Shown here: piece by piece, positions 16,664-24,333 of the stretch
How positions within the stretch are numbered: the stretch's first letter is position 1
Layout of the letters: each line of letters opens with the position of its first letter
Origin: Clostridia bacterium
Lineage (GTDB): Bacteria > Bacillota > Clostridia > Oscillospirales > CAG-272
DNA length: 28,772 nucleotides
Reading direction: 5' to 3'
Assembly (NCBI GenBank): GCA_017648425.1
Contig: JAGCJD010000174.1
Coordinates: 1-28,772 of the forward strand
Notes under the pieces: generated by a model
The model's input: the letters and a program-made list of their open reading frames with translations, nothing else
Told to the model about the DNA's origin: nothing
Databases searched by the model: none
Made by a program: the position numbers and the translations under genes

Positions 16664-18790
16664 ATGATATTGCCTGAGCTTCCCATACCAAACCAGACCA
16701 AGGAGATAATACAGACCTTTGGCGGATATAATCACAATATAAGAATAGCGGACAATGAATTTTTTAACATGAGGAATTTATCTGTTATCGGATATCCGAC
16801 ATTAAGTCCAAGGCAAAAGAGAGGGATAGTAAAGAGCCTTCCCGACTGTAATGGATTACTCTCAAAGGACAAGTTGGCGTATATAAGCGGCAATAAGCTT
16901 TACTATGGAGAACAAGAGTTCGCGCTCAACGAAGGCATAACAGAGGAGCGTCAGATAGTTTCAATGGGCGCTTATATCCTTGTGTTTCCTGACGAATATT
17001 ATGTAAACACAAAGGATACGACCGATCATGGAAGCATAAGCGGAGGGTATTACGAGTTAAATACAGAGAACGAGGATCTTTCGTTTTATTTATCAACGGT
17101 TGAGGGAAACGAGGTTCACCCCCTTTACATAACGAAAAAAGGTTCTGCGTCACAGAGCGACGAGGTTGCCGTATGGGAGCTTTTGCAAAGCTTAAAAAAC
17201 AATCGCAAAATATCCACGACAGATAACTGTTATGTTGCAATAAGGAGTGACGGTAACTCGCCTATCGAGGTAACGCTTCCGTTTGACAATACGAATGGCT
17301 CGAACAAGTCGAATTATGTATATATACAAGACCAATCGGTAGCCCAGATAAAGGAAAAAAATATGCAAGGGACAGTTTTTACGCCACTGAAAAGCGGTAT
17401 AACAACGGTCGAGGTAGGACTTGGCTCGGGAAGCGCGACATATTCACGGTATTATTACATAATCGTAAAGGACACGGCAGATCCCACCGATGGAGAATAT
17501 TGGCTTCAAACGGACGGAGATAGCGAGGTCGGTCAGCTCTATGTAGCATCAGGCGGAAGATGGGAGGCAATAAAAAGCTGTATAAAGGCAAAAAGCGGAA
17601 TGCCTTTTGCTAAGGAGGCGTTTGCAAGGCTGAAACAACAAAAAACTTGCAGACTGAGGATTTCAAGCGACAAAGAGGCTTTGCAATATATAACAAAGAA
17701 ATATTCGGAATTGAATGCCTTTGATCCTATAAGCTGTGGGGAAGACTATTTCTTGCTTGAAGGAAGCTTAAATAATTGCTCGTTTGTTGCAATGCCAAGC
17801 AACACCAAAATAGAACTAAGCTTAGATCTTCCCGAAATGGATTTTGTTATGGAAAGCGGAAACCGCTTGTGGGGCTGTAAATACGGGCTGAACAAGGAGG
17901 GGGATTTTTTGAACGAGATATATGCCTCCGAGCTTGGGAATTTCTTTTCGTGGTATTCATTCAAGGGCATATCCACCGATAGCTACGCGGCATCGGTAGG
18001 TACGGACGGAGTGTTTACCGGCGCGGTGAATTACAAAGGTAAGCCGATATTCTTTAAAGAGAATTGCACGCATTCCATATACGGCTCGTATCCCTCCAAT
18101 TTTCAAATAAGCACCGAAGCGGGTATTGGCTTGGAGGAAGGCTCGGCAAGGAGCTTGTGTATTGTCAACAACGCATTGTACTATAAGGCAACGGACGGTG
18201 TGTACAGATACGATGGCGCATCGTATGATAAGCTCTCATTTGCTCTCGGAGATGTTTCTTACAGCAATGCATCAGGGGGGAGCATTGACAATAAGTATTA
18301 TATAGCAATGACGAGCGAGGAGGGAAAAAGAGAGCTGTTCGTATATGATATATCCAAGGGCTTGTGGCACAAGGAGGACGAAGTACAAGCATATTACTTT
18401 GCCCGTCACAAAAACGACCTTTACTTTTACGACAACAGCTCTAAGTATTTGTATACGGTAAAGGCGTCAGAGGGAGAAGCGGAGAGCGATCCTATCACAT
18501 GGGAAGCGGAAACAGGGCCTATCGGCTACAACACGATAGATGCAAAATATCTTGACAAGATACAGCTCCGAATATCTCTGCCTGTCGGAAGCGCTGTCAG
18601 ATTTTTTATAGAATATGACACGGACGGATATTTTGAGTATTTTGGAAATATCACGGGAAAATCAAGTCAGGCGTTCACTCTGCCGTTGTTTCCGCGCAGA
18701 TGCGATCATTTCAGACTGAGACTCAACGGAGAGGGCGAGTGTAAGATATTCAGCCTTATAAAGGTCATAGAGGACGGAGGCGAGCTGTAA
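16664..18790 (+). CDS. Tail/stabilisation (nozzle-like, beta-propeller) protein of podovirus type
   Basis: Start at ATG 16664 after AAGGAGG; beta-rich with repeated Y..DG and WH..D motifs; C-terminal RRCDHFRLRLNGEG. Confidence 0.72.
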   Translation: MILPELPIPNQTKEIIQTFGGYNHNIRIADNEFFNMRNLSVIGYPTLSPRQKRGIVKSLPDCNGLLSKDKLAYISGNKLYYGEQEFALNEGITEERQIVSMGAYILVFPDEYYVNTKDTTDHGSISGGYYELNTENEDLSFYLSTVEGNEVHPLYITKKGSASQSDEVAVWELLQSLKNNRKISTTDNCYVAIRSDGNSPIEVTLPFDNTNGSNKSNYVYIQDQSVAQIKEKNMQGTVFTPLKSGITTVEVGLGSGSATYSRYYYIIVKDTADPTDGEYWLQTDGDSEVGQLYVASGGRWEAIKSCIKAKSGMPFAKEAFARLKQQKTCRLRISSDKEALQYITKKYSELNAFDPISCGEDYFLLEGSLNNCSFVAMPSNTKIELSLDLPEMDFVMESGNRLWGCKYGLNKEGDFLNEIYASELGNFFSWYSFKGISTDSYAASVGTDGVFTGAVNYKGKPIFFKENCTHSIYGSYPSNFQISTEAGIGLEEGSARSLCIVNNALYYKATDGVYRYDGASYDKLSFALGDVSYSNASGGSIDNKYYIAMTSEEGKRELFVYDISKGLWHKEDEVQAYYFARHKNDLYFYDNSSKYLYTVKASEGEAESDPITWEAETGPIGYNTIDAKYLDKIQLRISLPVGSAVRFFIEYDTDGYFEYFGNITGKSSQAFTLPLFPRRCDHFRLRLNGEGECKIFSLIKVIEDGGEL

Positions 18791-18800
18791 TGAGCATACC
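18741..18800 (+). repeat. attL core of nested element (60 bp)
   Basis: gtaagatattcagccttataaaggtcatagaggacggaggcgagctgtaatgagcatacc identical to 24093-24152. Confidence 0.95.
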
Positions 18801-18945
18801 GTTTACGGCAAGCATAAATCCCAAGGGGAAAAACACCGACGAGGTACAGCGCGACTTGATAAGGCAGTTGCAGATACAGAACAGAGAACTGAAAATTATC
18901 ATTGAGGATCTGTACAAGCAAATAAACAAAATCGGAGAGGGCTGA
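18790..18945 (+). CDS. 51-aa virion-module protein, element-borne allele
   Basis: MSIPFTASINPKGKNTDEVQRDLIRQLQIQNRELKIIIEDLYKQINKIGEG; 37/51 aa identical to 24142-24297. Confidence 0.85.
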   Translation: MSIPFTASINPKGKNTDEVQRDLIRQLQIQNRELKIIIEDLYKQINKIGEG

Positions 18946-18964
18946 AAGGCGATTTTTGACGTTT

Positions 18965-18992
18965 TACCCCTTATTTTACCCCTTATAGAATT
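18965..18992. repeat. Putative integrase arm-type sites (left copy)
   Basis: taccccttattttaccccttatagaatt, 27/28 identical to 23956-23983. Confidence 0.75.
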
Positions 18993-19063
18993 TTACCGGA
19001 TTGTTTTTAACCCCCGAAAAAAGGGTAAATTTTGACCGATTTTCGGGCGGTGATTTTGACAGC

Positions 19064-19095
19064 AAAAAAGAGAGGCTTTTTGACCTCTCTTTTTT
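19064..19095. terminator. Bidirectional terminator at element left end
   Basis: aaaaaagagagg-ctttttga-cctctctttttt. Confidence 0.8.
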
Positions 19096-19124
19096 GCCTT
19101 TCCGAACGTATTCGTACAGAGGGC

Positions 19125-20288
19125 TTACGCTTTCATTTTCTCGTAGTAATTTTGCAAACGGTCTGCGCTGTCCTTTTTCATCTTTTCGGACACGTGAGCG
19201 TAAACGTTAAGAGTGAACGCGGCTGTGGCGTGACCGAGCGCTTCCTGTACGGTTTTCGGATTGTCCCCTTCTTGCAAAGCTGTGACGGCGTATGTGTGGC
19301 GCAGATCGTGAAATCTGAAATCGGGACATCCTATTTTTGTGCACACTCTTTTGAAATATGTGTGGAGCATATTCTCGTTGATGTATTTTCCGTCAGCACG
19401 CGTGAATACGAGATTCCAATCGTTTTTCCACCCCAAGCCTACCGCCAAGTGGTTTTTAAATTGCTCTTGGCGAACTCTTTGCAAAATATCCATGACGAAC
19501 GGCGCAGGCGTAAGCGTTCGTGATTTGTTGCTTTTTGGTGTTGAAATATACGGTTGCTCTCCGCGTTGCAAAGTGGTTTGTAATTGTTGCTTGACCGTAA
19601 CAGTTCCGTTCTTGAAATCAACCGCGTCCCACGGCAGTCCCAGCACCTCGCCTCTGCGCATTCCTGTGAATAGAGTGACCAAGAATATGTCTTTGTACGG
19701 AGACGGAAGCGGCTCATCCTCAACGGCTTGCAGAAAGTTGCGAAGTTCTTCTTCCGTGAGCGGGTGCATTTCTTTTTTTTCTTTTGCGGGGAGCTTGCAA
19801 GCGCTTGACGGATTTACGCTTATGTATTTTAACTCTACTGCTTGTTCAAGGGAATAGTGGAGTGTTGCGTGACAGTGTCGTGTTGTTGTCGCTGATAACC
19901 TTTTATTGAGCTGATTGTAAAAGGCTTGTATGTGCGTCGGGGTGAGCGCTTGAAGCTTGATATAGCCTAACTGTGGCTTTATGTAGCGCTCTATATATGC
20001 TTTTTGATTTACGTAAGTACTGCGCTTCACGGTCTGCTTGTAGTATTCCTCTAACCAGATGTCCACCCACTGCCCGACGGTCAGCCTGCTCGGCTCAACG
20101 AACGTTCCCTCGTCTCCCGACTTCTGCGCTTGCCTCATTTGCTTCAAGACTTCCTTTTGCGTGTCGGCGTAAAAGGAACGTCGCTTGCCGGCTATCGTAC
20201 AGCGAGCTTCCCACCGACCGTCCTCACGTTGGCGGACGGAACCGCCGCCCTTTGCATTTCTCTTGTCCTGATGAATAGTGTCTGCCAT
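19125..20288 (-). CDS. Tyrosine recombinase/integrase (ICEBs1/Tn916-like)
   Basis: N-terminal RQREDGRWEAR arm-binding domain; catalytic TGMRRGE, FHDLRH, LGH, TLNVYAH. Confidence 0.96.
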   Translation of the reverse strand: MADTIHQDKRNAKGGGSVRQREDGRWEARCTIAGKRRSFYADTQKEVLKQMRQAQKSGDEGTFVEPSRLTVGQWVDIWLEEYYKQTVKRSTYVNQKAYIERYIKPQLGYIKLQALTPTHIQAFYNQLNKRLSATTTRHCHATLHYSLEQAVELKYISVNPSSACKLPAKEKKEMHPLTEEELRNFLQAVEDEPLPSPYKDIFLVTLFTGMRRGEVLGLPWDAVDFKNGTVTVKQQLQTTLQRGEQPYISTPKSNKSRTLTPAPFVMDILQRVRQEQFKNHLAVGLGWKNDWNLVFTRADGKYINENMLHTYFKRVCTKIGCPDFRFHDLRHTYAVTALQEGDNPKTVQEALGHATAAFTLNVYAHVSEKMKKDSADRLQNYYEKMKA

Positions 20289-20291
20289 TTC

Positions 20292-21038
20292 TTAAATCTC
20301 CTTTTCTGTTTGTGTGTTGAATGTTTTGTCGAGCTTGTCCATAAACCACTTTTCGTAGTATTCGCCTCTCTCACGCTCCGCATCGGCGCGCTCGGACGTG
20401 CGCTCGTTCGCGTCCTGTATAGCCCATAGGCGTATCGTTACGTAGTGATCGTCGTATTTGTACCCCTTGCTTTTGAGCTTCGCGGAGAAGTTTTCGATAA
20501 GAGTGTCGGCTTTGTCCCCAAACTGCTTTTTCAGATCCTCATGCTCCGCTTCGGTCAGATAGACGTTCTTAAATTCTCCGTATGCCTTTTTATCGGGAGA
20601 GGGCGTTCTCGCGCGTGTACGCGCATTTATACTCTCTCCCTCGTAGAGGGAAGAGTGTAAATAGTTATCTGTATTCTGTTTACCGTTATCTGTATTCTGT
20701 TTACCGTTATCTGTATTCTGTATTCCGTATTCTGTAGCTGACTTTTGCTGTGGCTCTGTTTCCTCTTGCTGTGCTTTGCTGTTTTTTGCCGTAGCAAAAC
20801 CGCCTTGCTGTCCTGCTCTGCGCCGAAGCTCCGAAATCTCCTCACCACGTTTGATTTGGTGGAACATTATGGAGACCACGACCCGGAGCGTACCGTCCAC
20901 GTTATCGATAGGGTTACTCCCGTGACGGTGGTAATCTGATATAGCCTTGACTACCTTCCATGCGTCTGCGCCGTCGAGCTGGTCAAGGTCGTCTATCCAA
21001 TCGTAGAACAGATAAAATGCTTTTTCGTTGTCCTTCAT
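20292..21038 (-). CDS. Replication initiator / replisome organiser (DUF6291-like N-terminus)
   Basis: KAFYLFYDW...; internal iteron-like 21-bp repeats; C-terminal YGEFKNVYLTEAE...YDDHYVTIRLWA. Confidence 0.78.
   Translation of the reverse strand: MKDNEKAFYLFYDWIDDLDQLDGADAWKVVKAISDYHRHGSNPIDNVDGTLRVVVSIMFHQIKRGEEISELRRRAGQQGGFATAKNSKAQQEETEPQQKSATEYGIQNTDNGKQNTDNGKQNTDNYLHSSLYEGESINARTRARTPSPDKKAYGEFKNVYLTEAEHEDLKKQFGDKADTLIENFSAKLKSKGYKYDDHYVTIRLWAIQDANERTSERADAERERGEYYEKWFMDKLDKTFNTQTEKEI
20664..20737. repeat. Iteron-like tandem repeats (putative origin) inside initiator gene
   Basis: gttatctgtattctgtttacc x2 plus one degenerate copy; core gtattctgt occurs five times. Confidence 0.8.
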
Positions 21039-21244
21039 ACCGCCGCTGCGCTTGCCTCCGCTTCAAGCCATTTGCAAAGACTATCGACGGGTATCACTAT
21101 GCGTCGCTCCGATACTCGGACGGCGGGGAAGCCCCTGCGCTTTATAAGCTCGTAAGCTACGGGTTTGGATACTCCAAGTACTTTTGCGAGTTCTGCAACG
21201 TCAAGCACGAGCTTGTCGGTTTGGGTAAGTATTGCTGTTGTCAT
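21035..21244 (-). CDS. Excisionase-like HTH (HTH_17 type)
   Basis: VLDVAELAKVLGVSKPVAYELIKRRGFPAVRVSERRIVIP...L.KWL. Confidence 0.88.
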   Translation of the reverse strand: MTTAILTQTDKLVLDVAELAKVLGVSKPVAYELIKRRGFPAVRVSERRIVIPVDSLCKWLEAEASAAAV

Positions 21245-21375
21245 TTGTTTATCCTCTCTTTCGTGTTTTTGATTTTGTGTGACAGCTCCTCGGCTGTCGT
21301 TGCGGTATTTACTGCCTCTGCCGTTTCCCTCAAGCGGACGGTGAATGCGAGAACGTAAGCAATCAGAGTCCTCAT
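21241..21375 (-). CDS. Small hypothetical protein (44 aa)
   Basis: MRTLIAYVLAFTVRLRETAE...; ATGA overlaps with both neighbours. Confidence 0.55.
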   Translation of the reverse strand: MRTLIAYVLAFTVRLRETAEAVNTATTAEELSHKIKNTKERINK

Positions 21376-21686
21376 TCAGTGCCTCTTTCCGGCTTTTCCA
21401 TCTGCGCCCCGCAGAATGGGCAGTAGTTCATGTAGAAGATCTTATCGGACATTCCGCCCTTGGTTGCGGACTGCCAGTGTTCGCACTCTGAACAGATCCA
21501 TCTGACGAATTTTTTGCTCTCGAAGCTCTCATCGGGAAGCCACACGCCGTGGCGCTCTTTTCTGTATTCCTCAGCTGCGAGTGTGTAAGCGAGTTTTTTT
21601 GCCCGGCTTTTGCTCAGCTCGGGTGCCTCAAGCAAAAATTCCGTAAGCTCTTTGGTGCGCTCTCGTAGTCTTTTATCGGTTATCAT
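21372..21686 (-). CDS. Zinc-ribbon protein, homologue of prophage 6818-7138
   Basis: 39/62 identical residues over the C-terminal region by manual alignment. Confidence 0.85.
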   Translation of the reverse strand: MITDKRLRERTKELTEFLLEAPELSKSRAKKLAYTLAAEEYRKERHGVWLPDESFESKKFVRWICSECEHWQSATKGGMSDKIFYMNYCPFCGAQMEKPERGTE

Positions 21687-21689
21687 GCT

Positions 21690-22082
21690 TCATTCCTCCG
21701 TGATTTTTGGATTAAGTATTGCCTGGGCGAAAATATCCGCCTGGCGTTCGACGTGCCGACCGTGTCTGATACGCTGAAGCTCAAGGTATCGCTCAAAGCG
21801 TTCGTGCTCCTCTCTGTGCTTTAGGAAGTAGTGCCCCAGCTCATGAGCCACGGTAAACCGCTTTTGAGAGTGCGTTCTCGTATCGTCGTATACGATTATG
21901 CTCTTATCGTTATGGCAAAATATCCTGCCGTACTCTGTTGGGCATAGCAATCGCACGTCGCTGTTTTTGTATACTTTTATGCCCTCGCCCCGGGCGAGTT
22001 CCAGAACGTCGAACGGTACCGTATCGATACCGTGCTCGCGCAGGACCGAGAGTGCATATTCGGGTATATCTTTGTTTCTCAC
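21690..22082 (-). CDS. ImmA/IrrE-family metallopeptidase (short form)
   Basis: RFTVAHELGH, ERQADIFA; shares EGIKV.KNS.V.LL with 5109-5708. Confidence 0.88.
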   Translation of the reverse strand: MRNKDIPEYALSVLREHGIDTVPFDVLELARGEGIKVYKNSDVRLLCPTEYGRIFCHNDKSIIVYDDTRTHSQKRFTVAHELGHYFLKHREEHERFERYLELQRIRHGRHVERQADIFAQAILNPKITEE

Positions 22083-22092
22083 GATGTGCCCC

Positions 22093-22290
22093 TCAATGCG
22101 TCATGTAGTAACGGTACGCCTCTGTCGCGGTCATATCGTCCCACGCCCATTTAAGGGCGCAGGTGAGCTTGTCAATGGTTGCTCTGTCTATCTGATCGTC
22201 GGGGTATTGCTCGTTCCATTCGTTCACTGCTCTCATGATATATCCCAACATTACGCAGTTCTGCGTTCCGTCCCAATTCTGTATTTCCAT
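22093..22290 (-). CDS. Hypothetical protein (65 aa)
   Basis: In operon, GGAG RBS. Confidence 0.65.
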   Translation of the reverse strand: MEIQNWDGTQNCVMLGYIMRAVNEWNEQYPDDQIDRATIDKLTCALKWAWDDMTATEAYRYYMTH

Positions 22291-22302
22291 GCCGTCTCCC
22301 CC

Positions 22303-22578
22303 TTACGCTATCGAGAAGCGACGTGTGGTCGTCGTCTTTGTGTACTGCTCTGCCAGCTTGGGCATAGCTTTCTTGAATGCCGTTGTGTCAAAGCGTGAGC
22401 CGTTGACGGTAGTCCATCTTACTTTGAACACGTCCACGTTAAGCTCTTCCGTGTTGCGCGCGGTCATTTCCGCCTTGATAGTGTCTTCGAGCGCGGCGAT
22501 CTCTGCTGCGATCTGCTCTGCAAATGCTTTAAGCTCTTTAAGCTCTCTTACTGTGTTTGTCATTTCGTTTGTACTCAT
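22303..22578 (-). CDS. Coiled-coil hypothetical protein resembling the C-terminal part of YqaJ-like proteins
   Basis: AAGGAG RBS; EIAALEDTIKAEM...RFDTTAFKKAMP.L..QY.KTT..RRF. Confidence 0.65.
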   Translation of the reverse strand: MSTNEMTNTVRELKELKAFAEQIAAEIAALEDTIKAEMTARNTEELNVDVFKVRWTTVNGSRFDTTAFKKAMPKLAEQYTKTTTTRRFSIA

Positions 22579-22772
22579 GTCGGTACTCCTTTTCCATAAA
22601 AAATTTTGTTTTTGATTTTCTTTTCCTGCGGAGCTTCGGGGTGAGTGGCGTTAAACATCTATGCCCCCGGCAATCTCACTCTCTCTTATCCACTCTCACT
22701 CTTACCTTGCTTTCTTGTTTTCGGCTTTCGCCTACTTCCGTCTGCCTTGCCGTGTTTCCGCAAAATTTACTC

Positions 22773-22900
22773 TTGACAAATCCGCCTTTTCGTGGTACAA
22801 TGTAGGAGCGAGAGAGGAAAGGCGAACGTCGAAACCTCTCTGCTCCGATTGAACTGGTCGCTCGGTGCTGTGGTAAGTGAGCCGAGCGACCTTGTTTTTT
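22773..22900 (+). ncRNA. Candidate ~95-nt small RNA with own promoter and terminator
   Basis: TTGACA(22773-22778)-17-TACAAT(22796-22801), hairpin ggagcgagagagg/cctctctgctcc, terminator ggtcgctcgg/ccgagcgacc plus T tract. Confidence 0.6.
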
Positions 22901-23054
22901 ACTTGCTTGCTATGTAGTCAAGCAGTTCGACGATTTGGCTGTCAGACCAACCGACGTGGTGGAGATACTCGATAAGCTTCTTCAGCGTGCTGTCGCTCAT
23001 CATCTCGGCATCAGTCCTTTCGTTTACGTTTTCGTGTATGTTCGCCTTATTCAT
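22899..23054 (-). CDS. Small hypothetical protein (51 aa), first gene of the element's leftward operon
   Basis: MNKANIHENVNERTDAEMMSDSTLKKLIEYLHHVGWSDSQIVELLDYIASK; purine-rich RBS; alternative start at 23003. Confidence 0.55.
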   Translation of the reverse strand: MNKANIHENVNERTDAEMMSDSTLKKLIEYLHHVGWSDSQIVELLDYIASK

Positions 23055-23125
23055 TCCCTTGTCCCCCCTTTCGTTCGTTTGTTCGTGATAACGCTCGATT
23101 ACACTCGTTTGTTTATCACACCTCT

Positions 23126-23254
23126 ATTATAGCATATCGTACCCGATATGTCAAGAGACTTTTTGGAAAATATCGGGTACAATATTTCACAAACATTTTT
23201 GAAAATTTTTGTGCAATTTGTATATTGTCCCCGATATGTGGTTTGTGGTATAAT
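23126..23254. promoter_or_regulatory. Divergent promoters with three 16-bp operators (element switch)
   Basis: Leftward TTGACA-17-TATAAT (23154-23126); rightward extended -10 TGGTATAAT (23246-23254); operators atatcgtacccgatat 23134-23149, atatcgggtacaatat 23170-23185, atattgtccccgatat 23222-23237. Confidence 0.85.
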
Positions 23255-23279
23255 ATTTTCGATAGAGAGGGGGGATATT

Positions 23280-23486
23280 ATGCCAGCATCAAAAGCAAAC
23301 CAAAAAGCGGTCGCAAAATACATGAAAGCAAACTATGACGATATTAAGGTCAGAGCCCCAAAGGGAAAGCGAGACCTGATACAAGCTCATGCAAAGTTAC
23401 AGAATGAAAGTACAAATGCGTTTATCAACCGCGCGATAGACGAGACTATCGAGAGGGACAATGTAAAAGAAAAGGGAGAGGGCTGA
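23280..23486 (+). CDS. Ribbon-helix-helix (Arc-like) repressor
   Basis: Start MPASKANQKAVAKY at 23280; YDDIKVRAPKGKRDLIQAHA...STNAFINRAIDE. Confidence 0.75.
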   Translation: MPASKANQKAVAKYMKANYDDIKVRAPKGKRDLIQAHAKLQNESTNAFINRAIDETIERDNVKEKGEG

Positions 23487-23955
23487 CAGCTCTCTCCGTT
23501 TTTGGTTGGCGAGTAAAAGGTGTTTTAATGCCCCTCACGCGCGCGAGGATTGCGTGTACGCGCGTTAAATAGGTAGGGTGGACTACTACACTCTCGCGCA
23601 TACGCAGGACAGAGGGGTTTTTGAGGGTATCGTGTGCGTACGTGCGTATATGGGTGTGTGTACATCCGTAACGAGAGGGCGAAAGAGGGCACACCGGGAA
23701 CGTTCGGAACGTGAGCTGCGCCATCGATACCGATTTATGCCCGGCATATGGCGACCGTCGCGCCGATGGAATGTGAGGTAACTTTCCGAGAGATCTTCGA
23801 GAGATCTTTTTTGCGTTCAATATCTCGGTACGGAGATGGAAAAGTGAACCCCGAAAAGCACGTCGCGATCGAGAGGGATTTTTGCCCCGAAAAATACCCC
23901 GAAAAAGAGGGCAAAAAAGGGTGAAAAACGGGCGTGATTTTTTACCCCCGATTTC

Positions 23956-23983
23956 TACCCCTTATTTTACCCCTTACAGAATT
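23956..23983. repeat. Putative integrase arm-type sites (right copy)
   Basis: taccccttattttaccccttacagaatt. Confidence 0.75.
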
Positions 23984-24092
23984 GCATTAGATTGATTTTA
24001 ACGCCTTTTCGGCGGTTTTTGAAAATCGAAACGCTTTATTTGGATTGAAAAGATTGCCTTAAATTGGTCTTGATTGAACGTGGGAATTGAAA

Positions 24093-24152
24093 GTAAGATA
24101 TTCAGCCTTATAAAGGTCATAGAGGACGGAGGCGAGCTGTAATGAGCATACC
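24093..24152 (+). repeat. attR core of nested element (60 bp)
   Basis: Identical to 18741-18800. Confidence 0.95.
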
Positions 24153-24297
24153 CTTTACCGCAGAAATCAATCCAAAAGGAATAACAGCCGATGAGGTTCA
24201 GAGAGATTTGATACGACAGCTTAGAACGCAGAACAAGGAGCTTGCAGTAATTATAAAGGATCTATATGAGCAGATAGAAAAGATAAAGGGAGGGTAA
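24142..24297 (+). CDS. 51-aa virion-module protein, probable native phage allele
   Basis: MSIPFTAEINPKGITADEVQRDLIRQLRTQNKELAVIIKDLYEQIEKIKGG; followed by phage terminator and late promoter. Confidence 0.85.
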   Translation: MSIPFTAEINPKGITADEVQRDLIRQLRTQNKELAVIIKDLYEQIEKIKGG

Positions 24298-24321
24298 TGG
24301 TGCGCCATTACCCTCCCTTTT
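24285..24321 (+). terminator. Rho-independent terminator
   Basis: 16-bp perfect stem aaagggagggtaatgg-tgcg-ccattaccctcccttt. Confidence 0.8.
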
Positions 24322-24333
24322 GTATGCTCGATG

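Larger units (their letters stand above)
18741..24152. mobile_element. Satellite-like integrative element nested in the prophage (5,352 bp repeat-to-repeat)
   Basis: 60-bp identical direct repeats at both ends, tyrosine integrase, excisionase, replication initiator and own repressor switch; no capsid or terminase genes. Confidence 0.9.

Noticed and set aside
16664-18790. Diversity-generating retroelement target
   Set aside because: No reverse transcriptase and no template/variable repeat pair differing at adenines is visible in the window
19032-20429. Plus-strand ORFs inside the nested element
   Set aside because: Antisense to a clear tyrosine integrase
20664-20737. CRISPR-like array
   Set aside because: Repeats are contiguous without spacers and in frame within a replication gene; better explained as iterons
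18741-24152. Assembly artefact or simple tandem duplication as explanation of the 60-bp repeat
   Set aside because: Sequences flanking the core diverge in a codon-structured way, and an integrase plus paired arm-like repeats lie between the copies
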